A stretch of DNA of 64,000 bases from a candidate division FCPU426 bacterium (GCA_963796105.1 CAWCKJ010000011.1:1-64000), one strand, 5' to 3'; shown: positions 52,770 through 62,076, numbered from the stretch's first letter. Numbers and translations are program-made. The notes: a model not told the origin generated them from the letters alone.

Positions 52770-53651
52770 TCAATGCGTCACGGGATTCAGCGACGGTTCC
52801 AAATTCGGCAAGTTTGCCGTACCAGGCGCGCGAGTGGGTGTCGGAGTTAACCCGAAATTCACCTGGGCTGGATTTCCTCCTTTGGAGGATGGAGTTCCAT
52901 TGCCCAGCACCCCAGGGGTGGAACCCATTTTCGCGGCGGTGCCGGTATTTCCTCCGCCATCTGTGCTAAAAACCGCCTCAGCCATTCCCTCGGAAAAGAC
53001 ACTCCGGTCCTGGCCCAAATGGGAAGTGATACGCCTTCCTGAAATTTTCCCATTCTGGTAGGTGATACTTGGTTCTCCCTCCAGGATCAGCTTGTCCTCC
53101 CTGGAGATATATAAAGCTTTTTGGGCTATAGCGTGCCCGTCAGCGCTGGTAAAATCCACGTTCTGGTTGACCGCCACAGTCTTGTTCTCGGAATCCATCT
53201 CGATTTGCCTTCCCTTTACCGTCAAGGGCATCCCATTCTCGTCCACTGCCGTCAAAACGGGGTGGTCGTGGGCCGTCATGGTGGACATTAAATCCAGGTA
53301 TTCCAGGTTTCCGCAGGTAAGGGTCATGGCCGAGCTGGAATCCACCACCTTCACGTGGCCAAGCGCTGTGGCTTCCCTGTTATCCGAGATGGCCCGAAGC
53401 TGGTCGGATCTTAGCTTAACTTTCTCATGGGTGGCCACGACGTAACCCTTGAATAGGGTCAGGCTGTTCAGCCGGTCGAATGTCAGCTGATTGGCAGTGA
53501 TCCTGACCGGCTTTTTGGACGAAACGTGCGAGTGGTCGTTGATTTCATAGCCCAAGATAACCCCCGGCGCTAAAACCATCCAGAGGCAGGCCAAAACCCC
53601 CGCGATGACCCGGTTAGAATTTCTTGGATTCATTGAAATTCTCGACTTCAT
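52770..53651 (-). CDS. lptA: LptA/OstA-family LPS transport periplasmic protein
   Basis: Signal segment; PVRITANQL...F.G.V..., beta-jellyroll-type repeats; located between lptC and lptB. Confidence 0.8.
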   Translation of the reverse strand: MKSRISMNPRNSNRVIAGVLACLWMVLAPGVILGYEINDHSHVSSKKPVRITANQLTFDRLNSLTLFKGYVVATHEKVKLRSDQLRAISDNREATALGHVKVVDSSSAMTLTCGNLEYLDLMSTMTAHDHPVLTAVDENGMPLTVKGRQIEMDSENKTVAVNQNVDFTSADGHAIAQKALYISREDKLILEGEPSITYQNGKISGRRITSHLGQDRSVFSEGMAEAVFSTDGGGNTGTAAKMGSTPGVLGNGTPSSKGGNPAQVNFGLTPTPTRAPGTANLPNLEPSLNPVTH

Positions 53652-54276
53652 GGGTATCCCTCATTTTAGTCCTCACGTCGCTCTTGAAACGGATATTGTT
53701 CAATTGGGTGTCCGCCACCAGCCCCACCGCGCTGATCTCATCCGCGCCCTTATAGACGTGGACGCGCCCATCAGTCTGGATTTCGTCGTTATCTGGGTTC
53801 CAATTGAGTTTGGCGGTCTCCAGTTTCGAGCCGTTATCCACGACCAGCTCCACGTGCCCCTCGGCCAGGGTGGCGTTGGTTTCGGTGTTGATGACGGCCT
53901 TGTCGGCCGTCAGGGTCGAGACGATCTTGTTCTTCTTGAAGTATTGGGCGAAGATCTGGTCCGCGTAGGCCTGCTTTTGGTTCTGGTAAAGCATGGCCTT
54001 GTCGGAGTTCATTTCCCAGTGCTTTTCGCCCTTGACGGTGGAAACCAAGTGGAACTTGAGAATCACCGCGTCGGGCGAATTCTCTCCTTGGACGAAGGGT
54101 TCCAGGCTGTTCTGCTGTTTTCCGCTTTTGTTTAAATACCAGAACAGGGCTATGGCGGCGCATAGGATCGTGACCAGGAGCCCCACCATGCGTTTTTGAC
54201 GCCCGGGTTGCTGGGTCTGGACCGTCCGCTCCAGGAGGGAGTCCGCTTCCTGATATGTATTATTTTCCTCTGTCAA
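53614..54276 (-). CDS. lptC: LPS export protein LptC
   Basis: Single TM; GEKHWEM.SDKA, LTADKA, G.KLET..L.W, I.TD; synteny. Confidence 0.85.
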   Translation of the reverse strand: MTEENNTYQEADSLLERTVQTQQPGRQKRMVGLLVTILCAAIALFWYLNKSGKQQNSLEPFVQGENSPDAVILKFHLVSTVKGEKHWEMNSDKAMLYQNQKQAYADQIFAQYFKKNKIVSTLTADKAVINTETNATLAEGHVELVVDNGSKLETAKLNWNPDNDEIQTDGRVHVYKGADEISAVGLVADTQLNNIRFKSDVRTKMRDTHEVENFNESKKF

Positions 54277-54338
54277 TTCTAGTCACCTTGCGGGTTGATT
54301 ATATAAACAGTTAGGCGCCATGGGGAAATGGGGCCCTT

Positions 54339-55256
54339 TCAGGCCTTTTCCTCCGGCGGGCGGGTCTTCCACCTTTCATGCATCCACATCCATTGGTCCG
54401 GATAGGCCCTCACTTGGGCCTCAATGATTCCAGTATAACGTCGGACTGTTTCCAATATATCCTTTTCCACGTCATCGGTATGGGGAACATCGATTTCCTC
54501 CCCCACATGGGCCTCGTAGAGGCCGTCGGAACCCCGCACCATGAAAGCCGGAACCAAGGCGGCGCCCGTCTTCCGGGCGATGCGAGCCACTCCCGTCTGG
54601 GTCCAGGCGTTTTTTCCGAAAAAGGGCGTGAAAACCCCGTCGGTTCCCGTGTCCTGGTCCAGCAGGCCGATGATGAAATGGTTTTTCCTCAGGTCCTCCA
54701 GGATGCCCCTCAAGGCCATTCCCCTCTTGATCATGGAGGTGGCCCCCAGCTTGTCCTGCCGGAACCTGTTGACGATGACGTCAAACCGGGGATCGTATAA
54801 ATTCTGCGCGATGGCCGAGCCCTGGTAATGGCTGAACAGGAACCCGCCCAAAAGCTCCCAATTGCCGAGGTGCCCGGACACGATGAAAAGCCCCTTCTTG
54901 CGAGCCAGGGCCTTTTCAATATTTTCCAGGCCGCTGGAACGGGCCACTTGGGCCCTGATTTTCCCGCTGTCCCACCTGGTCCAACAGACGATCTCAAAAA
55001 GGTTCCTGCCTACGTTTTGCCAGACCCTTCGCCCGAGCCGCCCAATCTCCCCCGGGGCAAGGTCACCGGAAAAGGCTGTTCGGAGGCTTTTCAGGGTCTT
55101 GCGTCTTTCCCCGCTCGCCAAGGAATAAACCGCGGAACCGAAAAACTGTCCCAGCCTGGAGACCCATGAAAAAGGCATCCGGGCGATGAAGAACATCGCC
55201 GCACGAGCCGAGTAATAGATGAGGTGGTTTTTGAGTTTCTGGAGGGGCCGGGCCAA
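54339..55256 (-). CDS. Lipid A lauroyl/palmitoleoyl acyltransferase family (LpxL/HtrB-like)
   Basis: GHLGNWE, LDQD...FFG..A, PDQWMWMHERWK; TTG start at 55256 with GAGG RBS inferred. Confidence 0.9.
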   Translation of the reverse strand: MARPLQKLKNHLIYYSARAAMFFIARMPFSWVSRLGQFFGSAVYSLASGERRKTLKSLRTAFSGDLAPGEIGRLGRRVWQNVGRNLFEIVCWTRWDSGKIRAQVARSSGLENIEKALARKKGLFIVSGHLGNWELLGGFLFSHYQGSAIAQNLYDPRFDVIVNRFRQDKLGATSMIKRGMALRGILEDLRKNHFIIGLLDQDTGTDGVFTPFFGKNAWTQTGVARIARKTGAALVPAFMVRGSDGLYEAHVGEEIDVPHTDDVEKDILETVRRYTGIIEAQVRAYPDQWMWMHERWKTRPPEEKA

Positions 55257-55264
55257 TCGAAACC

Positions 55265-55816
55265 TCAGTCCAGGCCTTTTGGGAAAGTGCGTACGGAGGG
55301 GCCGCCGGCGTTTTTGAAAAATCCAAGGGCCTTCCCCCAGAGTCCCCGGGCCTTCAGGATTTTTTCCACGGCCTCGCGGAAGGCTCCTTCGCCCGCCGGC
55401 GCCTTGGTCACGTATTGGACGGCTTTCTTCACCTCTGGGCGTCCATAGGGCACCGTGGCGGACCAGCCCGCCAGCTTTAACAATGGAATGTCGATCAAAT
55501 CGTCCCCCAGGTAGGCCAGTTGGGAAAAGGAAAGGCCCAGCTTTCCGCAAAGCCCCTTGGCGACCGCCACCTTGTCGAGTTTTCCTTGGTAAAGGTAGGG
55601 CACGTTCAGGCGTTTGGCCCTCAGCGCGACCGGCTTGGAGGTTCTTCCCGAAAGCCAGCCCACCTGGAGGCCTCCAGCGGTGGCCAGGCGCTGTCCGATT
55701 CCGTCCTGAATATCGAAGGAGATGAACTCGCCCCCCTTGTCGTCCATGTAAACCTTGCCGTTAGTCAGGATCCCGTCCACGTCCGTCAACAGAAGTTTGA
55801 TGTTTTTAATACTCAT
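55265..55816 (-). CDS. kdsC: KDO-8-phosphate phosphatase
   Basis: DVDGILT.G, F.I.DG.G, SGR, YLGDDLID, G.GAFRE. Confidence 0.93.
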   Translation of the reverse strand: MSIKNIKLLLTDVDGILTNGKVYMDDKGGEFISFDIQDGIGQRLATAGGLQVGWLSGRTSKPVALRAKRLNVPYLYQGKLDKVAVAKGLCGKLGLSFSQLAYLGDDLIDIPLLKLAGWSATVPYGRPEVKKAVQYVTKAPAGEGAFREAVEKILKARGLWGKALGFFKNAGGPSVRTFPKGLD

Positions 55817-56013
55817 GGGTCTCACTCAATTTATTATAAAAACTTCTAACAAAAAAGCCTTCACCACAGGCTGCCTACGACAGAGCACAGAGGCACGGAG
55901 ATGAAATGCCCCCTACTACAGGAAATTAAAACGCCTCTACATTTAATTGGGAAGCAACATTATCGTAAATCAATAATTTTGTTAGAGGTACTAAGTCTTT
56001 ATATCAAACCCAC

Positions 56014-56982
56014 CTAAAGGATCTTAATTCTTCCCCGTCCCAATAGATCGTGCAAATGAACCAGGCCGATAGGCCTTCTCGCCGAATCAACAACGATCAG
56101 CTGGAAAATAGCCATTTCCTCCATGAGTTGGAGGGCCTGGGCCAGGTTGATATCGGGACGGATGGTCTTAGGCTTGGGGGAACGGAGGTTCTTGGCTTTC
56201 CAATGGTTGATGTCGGGGTCCCTCAAGAGGGCGCGCCGGATGTCGCCGTCCACGATGATGCCGGAAAGTTTCCCGCCCTTATCAATGACGCAGGTGGAGC
56301 CCACCCGCTTGGCGTTGATTTCGTTCACGATTTGTCGGAAACCCGCGGACAAGGAAACCTTGGGAACGGCGCTTCCCTTGCGCATGATCTCGGAGACTTT
56401 CAATTGGAGGCGGCGGCCCAGGTCGCCCCCCGGGTGGAAAAGGGCGAACTGCTTCTCGGTGAAACCCCGCTCCTCGAGCAAGGCCACGGCAAGGGCGTCC
56501 CCCATGGCCAAGGCCGCTGTGGTGCTGGCTGTGGGTGAGAGGTTCAGGGGGCAGGCCTCTTTTTGGACCCCGACATCCACCACCACGTCCGAAAGACGGG
56601 TGAGGCTGGAGGAAAGGTTCCCGGTGAAAAGGATGACGGGACAACCCATGCGCCTAAGGTGGGGCAGGAGGCTTTTCAACTCGTCGGTTTCCCCGCTGTT
56701 GGAAAGGGCTAGGACCACGTCCCCCTTGGCGGCCTTGCCCATGTCGCCATGAAGGGCCTCTGCCGAGCTGAGGAAATAAGAGGGGGTTCCGGTGGAGGAA
56801 AGGGTGGCCGCGATCTTCTGGCCGATGAGACCCGACTTGCCCATGCCCGTGACGACTACGCGCCCCTTAGTTTTAAGCACCAACTTGAGGGCCTTCTCGA
56901 AGGATTTTCCGGTGCGCTTGGAGAGGCGCAAAAGGCCTTCCGCCTCGATTTTAAGGACCCTTTTGGCAGTCGCGACGCTCAT
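56014..56982 (-). CDS. kdsD: Arabinose-5-phosphate isomerase (KpsF/GutQ family, SIS plus CBS)
   Basis: GMGKSG.IG.KIAATLSSTGTP, EALHGD, SNSGET, EACP.NL.PT.STT, FHPGG.LG, CBS pair. Confidence 0.95.
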   Translation of the reverse strand: MSVATAKRVLKIEAEGLLRLSKRTGKSFEKALKLVLKTKGRVVVTGMGKSGLIGQKIAATLSSTGTPSYFLSSAEALHGDMGKAAKGDVVLALSNSGETDELKSLLPHLRRMGCPVILFTGNLSSSLTRLSDVVVDVGVQKEACPLNLSPTASTTAALAMGDALAVALLEERGFTEKQFALFHPGGDLGRRLQLKVSEIMRKGSAVPKVSLSAGFRQIVNEINAKRVGSTCVIDKGGKLSGIIVDGDIRRALLRDPDINHWKAKNLRSPKPKTIRPDINLAQALQLMEEMAIFQLIVVDSARRPIGLVHLHDLLGRGRIKIL

Positions 56983-57019
56983 ACCGCACCTTCATGGAAT
57001 GGAATTGATGGGGGGGAAA

Positions 57020-57730
57020 TTAGTCCTTCAGGTAAATAAACCGGCCGCACCTGCAAAACTGGATCTTGATATTTTTCCGGAGCTCGTTGATGACCTGGGG
57101 GGCGATGGTCATGTGGCATCCCCCGCACATCTGGTCCTCCCCTATCCCGGCCACGGCCACTTTTTTACCGTGCGCGCGGATATTCTCGTAGATGCTCCCG
57201 AACTCCTCCGGAACCTCGGAAAATTGCTTGGCTCGTTCCGCTTTCTTGCCCACGGCGGCCTTGTCGCAGTCGTCTATTTTCTCTTGGAGGACCTTCCGGT
57301 CATCCGCTAGTTTTTTCTCGATCTTCGCCTGCTCGGCGGCCAGCTCCTGCCCTTTTTTCTTCGCCTCGTCCTCCAGGAAAAGGAACTCCAGGATCTTTTC
57401 CTCGACCTTGCCCTTGTCTTCCTTTCCCTTCTCGATCTCGGTCTTCAGGGCGATGAACTGCTCGTTGCTCTTCACTTCCGGTTCCTGGTCCTGGTATTTC
57501 TTGATCTTGTTGTCCCAGGAAACGACCTCCACCTCGAGGGAACGGCGCTGCTTGACCAGTTCCTCCATGTTCTTCTTGGCCTCTTGGACCCTTCCCTTCA
57601 CGTCTTCCAGGCCCTTTTCCAGGTCCGCGATCTCCTGGAGGAAGCCTTTTTTCAGCTTCTCCAGCTCATCCAGCCCGGAATCGGTTGTTTGGAGGGCCAC
57701 CATTTTTTCAAGGGCTTCGTAGGATTCCAA
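57020..57730 (-). CDS. Coiled-coil protein with C4-type zinc ribbon (DUF164/CT398-like)
   Basis: Long coiled coil; C-terminal CGGCHM...CRCGRFIY. Confidence 0.88.
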   Translation of the reverse strand: MESYEALEKMVALQTTDSGLDELEKLKKGFLQEIADLEKGLEDVKGRVQEAKKNMEELVKQRRSLEVEVVSWDNKIKKYQDQEPEVKSNEQFIALKTEIEKGKEDKGKVEEKILEFLFLEDEAKKKGQELAAEQAKIEKKLADDRKVLQEKIDDCDKAAVGKKAERAKQFSEVPEEFGSIYENIRAHGKKVAVAGIGEDQMCGGCHMTIAPQVINELRKNIKIQFCRCGRFIYLKD

Positions 57731-57880
57731 AGGCCTGCCTTTCTTTTGGCGCGGTATTACCCCTTAAATGACGCGGGGGGTTTTGAAGTTTAACACGGAG
57801 CGGGGGCATTTTTCCCTAAAAATCATTCGGCTTTTTACGGTAAAGGCAGACAAGTCCTTTAATTAGGTCTTTGGTTTAGC

Positions 57881-57931
57881 TGTCATCGCGAGAAGCCACC
57901 CCAATCGGGGTGATTGGCGACGTGGCGACCC
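57881..57931. repeat. Possible small REP/MITE-like palindromic element
   Basis: tgtcatcgcgag...gcgacgtggcgacc resembles GTCATTGCGAG-type intergenic repeats and contains an internal cacccc/ggggtg hairpin; single copy in this window. Confidence 0.3.
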
Positions 57932-58051
57932 CAGTCAGTTGTTAGATTTAAGCCGTTTTATGAAACCAGTATTTCACGGATGGTGGTTGTCAAAATCTGT
58001 TAAATCTTATAAAAACTACATCTCAACCTTTCTTTCTTACCGGGGTGCCTT

Positions 58052-58531
58052 ATGGATGAAGCCGCCAAGAAAAAACTGCTCCTCATGATTCCCGACGCTC
58101 TCTACGTCATCACCGCCAAATCGGAGAACCTGACTGCCGCCTCCACCATTACCTGGTTTTCCCAAGCATCATTTAAACCGCCCCTGGTCATGACCGCCCT
58201 CAAGGCCGATTCCCATACCTTCAAGGTGGTGAAAGCGGCGGGGGCCTTCGTAGTGAATTACCTGGGGGAGGGCCAGAAGGACCTGGCCCAGAAATTCTTC
58301 AAGCACGTGGAGCCGGAGGGAGAATTTTTGGCCGGGGAGCGGTTCCTTCCCAGCCGGGTCCTAGAATTCCCTTTTTTCCCCTCCATGGCCGGCTACCTGG
58401 AATGCCGGGTCACAGATTTGGTGGAACGGGGAGACCACGCGGTTTTCGTCGCGGAAGTCATAGGCGCGGAACTGGGCCCTGCCAAAGGCCCGCTTCTTCT
58501 GTCTTCCACCGGCTGGAAATACGGCGGTTAA
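58052..58531 (+). CDS. Flavin reductase family protein
   Basis: LYVIT, TWFSQASFKPPLV, YLECRV...GDHAVFVAEV, C-terminal TGWKYGG. Confidence 0.92.
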   Translation: MDEAAKKKLLLMIPDALYVITAKSENLTAASTITWFSQASFKPPLVMTALKADSHTFKVVKAAGAFVVNYLGEGQKDLAQKFFKHVEPEGEFLAGERFLPSRVLEFPFFPSMAGYLECRVTDLVERGDHAVFVAEVIGAELGPAKGPLLLSSTGWKYGG

Positions 58532-58582
58532 AAAGAACTACCATTGTTCATGACAGGTCCCCTTCGTGGACAACCGAATGAG
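58468..58582 (+). repeat. Direct repeat copy 1: flavin reductase 3' end plus downstream hairpin (copy 2 at about 59504-59615)
   Basis: Exact 32-bp core tccaccggctggaaatacggcggttaaaaaga at 58505-58536 and 59539-59570, with similar flanks. Confidence 0.88.
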
Positions 58583-58594
58583 AAATTACCTGGG

Positions 58595-59011
58595 TCAATC
58601 CGGCATGGCAATCGGCACCACTTGTCGTCCGTTTCGCCGATAAACCCTAAAATCACTATCCAGGGTTAAAACAATGGCTTTGGGATCAAGCTCGGACATT
58701 TTTACGAGGCAGGCATCCGCCAAAGACATAGGCACGCTTGAATACCTAGACATGAGAACTTCGACGGCGGTCAAATGAGGCTCCAATCGGAAAGATAGAT
58801 CCAGCACACCACGATCCAAGAGCCCAAACACCGCTTGGGCGCCGCCTTTCATCCCGCGCACTAAAAAACAAGCTTCAGAAATAACCGGCTCGCAGGTCGC
58901 CAGCGGTGGTTCAATGGATTTGAAAAGTTCGCGGGCCCAAGTATGACATCGGTCCCGGCTGTTCAGGAGTGCGACAATGGGGCCAGTGTCAACGATGTAG
59001 TTTTGTTTCAT
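58595..59011 (-). CDS. PIN-domain (VapC-type) toxin
   Basis: IVDTGPIVA...D..H, VISEA, MSLADACLV, TLDSDFRVYR. Confidence 0.9.
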   Translation of the reverse strand: MKQNYIVDTGPIVALLNSRDRCHTWARELFKSIEPPLATCEPVISEACFLVRGMKGGAQAVFGLLDRGVLDLSFRLEPHLTAVEVLMSRYSSVPMSLADACLVKMSELDPKAIVLTLDSDFRVYRRNGRQVVPIAMPD

Positions 59012-59235
59012 TCGCCATACCCGCGCATGTGCTTGGGCGCGGTGGATAAATCGGAGGCGCCACGGAGTGTTCCTACCAATTCTCCCGCCAAATCGGCCGC
59101 GGAACGTTTACGCTGTCCGGCAAAACCGTTCAAAGCTTCCCTCAAAACGGCAGAACGGCTGACATGACGCATCCGGGCCAAGTTTTCCAATTCCAGCTCC
59201 AAGGATTCAGGGATTTTGACGGTGATGGTCTTCAT
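59008..59235 (-). CDS. CopG/ribbon-helix-helix antitoxin
   Basis: MKTITVKIPE.L...L..LA....VSRSAVLREAL; DLST...M.GYG; ATGA overlap with the toxin; GGAGG RBS. Confidence 0.88.
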   Translation of the reverse strand: MKTITVKIPESLELELENLARMRHVSRSAVLREALNGFAGQRKRSAADLAGELVGTLRGASDLSTAPKHMRGYGE

Positions 59236-59325
59236 GGGATCCTCCAAAGGTAATACGGATATGCCTTAATGGTAACACGAAGCCTTTGTAGTCATCAAGA
59301 GGGACAAAATCCCCATTCAAAACCC

Positions 59326-59403
59326 GCTGTCCACGACCCTTGCACCAAGCCGGGGGCTTGGTCACTGCTTTTCGCCGCGGAGCGAAATGCCCCACAGTGG
59401 ACA
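59326..59403. repeat. Palindromic intergenic element, copy 1 (copy 2 at 61173-61226)
   Basis: gctgtccacgacccYtgcaccaagccgggggcttggt shared at 36/37 nt; TGTCCAC...GTGGACA termini; inner hairpin ACCAAGCC/GGCTTGGT. Confidence 0.85.
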
Positions 59404-59503
59404 AGCCAGTCAATTCAAATTTCAGAATTTAGAATTGCTGTTCTTCCCCCTGAATCAAGGCCACAAGCCGCGGGTCAATCTTTGGGTGTGCCGGTTCAAT
59501 AAT

Positions 59504-59615
59504 GGAACCGGCCCCCCAAGGGCCCGCTTCTTCTTTCATCCACCGGCTGGAAATACGGCGGTTAAAAAGACTTACCATTGTTCCCGCCAGGTCCCCAGCG
59601 GGACAGGCGAACGAG
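59504..59615 (+). repeat. Direct repeat copy 2: orphan duplicate of the flavin reductase 3' end
   Basis: Encodes ...KGPLLLSSTGWKYGG* again, without the rest of the gene. Confidence 0.88.
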
Positions 59616-59642
59616 CTAAAATCAAACGTCAGACCTCGAAAC

Positions 59643-59933
59643 TTACAATTGCATCAATGCCATCACCAAAATAAACATTACCAAATTGACCACGGCATGA
59701 TTGAAAACCAACAGAAGGAAAATAATATTTAAAATACTAATTTTTTTTATTCCACCTTCTCTTTTTCCGAAAATAAAAAACAAGTTCAATACAGCAACTA
59801 CAAGTCCAACTACAAAAAGCGATATAGCCACGAATTCATCGCCTGAAGGTCCACCGTGGTTCAAAATACTGAACAAATAAAACGAAGTGGCGGGAATTAT
59901 CGAATTCGCTATTACTAAAGCAATTTTTTTCAA
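59643..59933 (-). CDS. Small AT-rich membrane protein of unknown function (about 3 TM)
   Basis: 96-aa hydrophobic ORF; low GC relative to flanks. Confidence 0.6.
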   Translation of the reverse strand: MKKIALVIANSIIPATSFYLFSILNHGGPSGDEFVAISLFVVGLVVAVLNLFFIFGKREGGIKKISILNIIFLLLVFNHAVVNLVMFILVMALMQL

Positions 59934-60121
59934 CGTACATCCATTCTCTTAATAATCATTTTGTCTTGAGTTTAATACCTTCTCATTATGGAAGATTCCG
60001 GATGAACAAACTGGCACTTTTTATTTGTCCGAAACAGATCCCCACCGTGGCCAAGTTTAGACAATTGAATTCCTGTTCAAAAACACTAGCCAAACCTCTT
60101 TGTTCTTTCTTCATTTCTAAT

Positions 60122-61123
60122 TCAAGGATTATCCGGTGCTCCAGGGTCGTAGTTAAATTCTTCAATTCTTTCTTTGGTTAATCGTGTCTTGACCGAAGTT
60201 TCAATATCAACATCTTTCATCAGATTATCCAGCTTAAAAGTTTTAATTAGGTCTACCCAAGAATCCCGATACTTGATCCAATTTCTTTGGCTCTTTTTAA
60301 AATGTCCCACGGTTTCATGGTATTCTTCTTTACCTCCTTTTAAATAATCCGGATTGTCTTTATAGGCATTAACCCAGTCCTCATAATATTTTTTTACATT
60401 TTCTATTTTTTCCGAGTAAACCTTATTCAGTTGTTGGCCAGAATCTAAGTATTCATTTTTAGTTGCGGGCTGAAGAAATTTTTTTAAAACCCAATCTTCA
60501 ATTCTCTTATGGTGTCGCGTTTCTAAATAATCCTCTTGCCCCAAACCATCCATGGTACGCATTGAACCATTCGAAGTTACGTCCACCCGCATAAAATCTT
60601 CATGCTGAAGAATTCCAAAGAACTTCCCTATCGCAGCGAATTGCTGTTTTTGATCGGGATTAAGTTGAGCAGCAACCTTTTCAACAAATATTTTCTCTTT
60701 TTGTTCACTGAGTTTTCGTTGATAGATCATGCAATCATTTATGGCTAAAGTACCTTCAGCAACATCACAATATTCCACTCTTTTGTTCAAACTAGAATTT
60801 AATAAGCGGTCATTGATAATCTTTTGGATCAATTCATAACCATTGATGTTCCCATTTATCTTAGCCACCTTCTCTAGGATTTCCTTGGCTTTTGGAACAC
60901 TTTGAGAAACGCCCTCTCCGTTCAAATACATGATCATTAAGAATGTTTTATTCGCACCGATTGGATCCTCGGAATTTTCAAAACATTCAAACGCCTTTTT
61001 GAAATCTTGCATCACGCCAATACCATAATAGTAATCTGCGCAATCAAGTTTATTAGGCGAGGCATTTAATGGAATTGGGGTCAAAACAATCTTTAAGAAA
61101 AAGATGAAAAAAATAAATCTCAA
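60122..61123 (-). CDS. Secreted protein with Sel1-like repeats and a C-terminal LprI (DUF1311)-like domain
   Basis: Signal segment; YYYGIGVMQDFKKAFECF and MYLNGEGVSQSVPKA (Sel1-like); FKKSQRNWIKYRD...TRLTKERIEEF (LprI-like); AGGAG RBS; AT-rich. Confidence 0.75.
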   Translation of the reverse strand: MRFIFFIFFLKIVLTPIPLNASPNKLDCADYYYGIGVMQDFKKAFECFENSEDPIGANKTFLMIMYLNGEGVSQSVPKAKEILEKVAKINGNINGYELIQKIINDRLLNSSLNKRVEYCDVAEGTLAINDCMIYQRKLSEQKEKIFVEKVAAQLNPDQKQQFAAIGKFFGILQHEDFMRVDVTSNGSMRTMDGLGQEDYLETRHHKRIEDWVLKKFLQPATKNEYLDSGQQLNKVYSEKIENVKKYYEDWVNAYKDNPDYLKGGKEEYHETVGHFKKSQRNWIKYRDSWVDLIKTFKLDNLMKDVDIETSVKTRLTKERIEEFNYDPGAPDNP

Positions 61124-61172
61124 GGTTTTCTCCTAAAAATAGGAAATGGAAGCCTGCGCCTTTTTTTGCGTT

Positions 61173-61226
61173 GCTGTCCACGACCCCTGCACCAAGCCGG
61201 GGGCTTGGTGCTCCCCGCAGTGGACA
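61173..61226. repeat. Palindromic intergenic element, copy 2
   Basis: Matches 59326-59403 but lacks the second inner hairpin. Confidence 0.85.
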
Positions 61227-61349
61227 TTAAATTAATCCGATTTTACTCCACCGGAAGCTTCCAAGCGTGACCAACAAAATCTATTTTCCCTTCCATCAAA
61301 CAGGGCTTTTAAACCAAACAAAACCGCCCCTTTTTTCAGAGCCTTTTTG

Positions 61350-61365
61350 TGGCATCAATAATGCT
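61350..61365 (+). promoter_or_regulatory. Candidate sigma-54 (-24/-12) promoter upstream of the second HPr gene
   Basis: TGGCATCAATAATGCT has GG-N10-GC spacing with two deviations from TGGCAC-N5-TTGC; about 200 bp upstream of the ATG. Confidence 0.35.
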
Positions 61366-61569
61366 TGTTCCCTATCCCTCCCCGATTAAATTTAAAAAAG
61401 TTGTAACCCCTACTTCACCAAAGAGTTAAAATAGGGCTGTAGAAAGATAGCAATCAACAGTTTTTCCTTCCGTGAATGCCCTCACGAAACTCCAAAATTG
61501 ATTAATTCATAATGATTTCCCGGTTTAGGTTTGAACCATCGCTCTTAATTTCGTCATGGGGAGGCTCTC

Positions 61570-61842
61570 ATGGAAATTATCGAGAAGATGAAAATCACCA
61601 ACCGGTTAGGCCTGCACTTGAGGGCGGCCGCCCAGTTCGTGAAAACCGCCTCCAAATTCAAGTGCCTGATCCTTGTGAAGAACCGTGACCGTACTGCGGA
61701 CGGCAAAAGCCTGATCAATCTGATGACCTTGGCCTCGCCCTTCGGCATGGAGTTGACCCTGATGTTCAGCGGCGTGGATGCCCTGGAGGCGCAAAAAGCC
61801 ATTCGCAACCTGCTTTTAGATAAATTCGGCGAAAAGGATTGA
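61570..61842 (+). CDS. Second HPr-family phosphocarrier
   Basis: GLHLRAA, DGKSLINLMTL, KFGE; GGGAGG RBS. Confidence 0.92.
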   Translation: MEIIEKMKITNRLGLHLRAAAQFVKTASKFKCLILVKNRDRTADGKSLINLMTLASPFGMELTLMFSGVDALEAQKAIRNLLLDKFGEKD

Positions 61843-61881
61843 ATTTCACCTCTTAACGGCTTTCTTTAAAAGGAGGTACCC

Positions 61882-62073
61882 ATGGAAAGATGTAAATTAT
61901 TGGAGCGATTTTTGGAGGAACAGCACCGCAAGTGGGGAAAGTTTCATTTCCGATCCTCCCCCCAGGAAAACAAGTCGTCTTTAAACCCCGGCCCCCCTGA
62001 AGCAAAAGAGCCGGATTCTATCCCCGATTCAAAAACAACCGAACCAAAGGATTTTTTAAGCGCGCGGAGGTGA
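61882..62073 (+). CDS. Small hypothetical protein (63 aa)
   Basis: Strong AAGGAGG RBS; lies between HPr2 and the PilZ gene. Confidence 0.55.
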   Translation: MERCKLLERFLEEQHRKWGKFHFRSSPQENKSSLNPGPPEAKEPDSIPDSKTTEPKDFLSARR

Positions 62074-62076
62074 CTT

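Noticed and set aside
52770..52860. TPTPTR stretch at the LptA C-terminus as another glycosylation substrate
   Set aside because: Only six residues in a disordered tail, too short to support a claim.
37700..55550. Long N-terminal extensions in the ORF track for EIID (38767), the phosphatidyltransferase (52098), the lpxL-like gene (55550), ptsN, hpf, rpoN and ino1
   Set aside because: They overlap upstream genes or lack an RBS; downstream starts fit family lengths better.
58468..61226. Integron cassette array
   Set aside because: The palindromes lack RYYYAAC/GTTRRRY attC ends and there is no integron integrase in the window.
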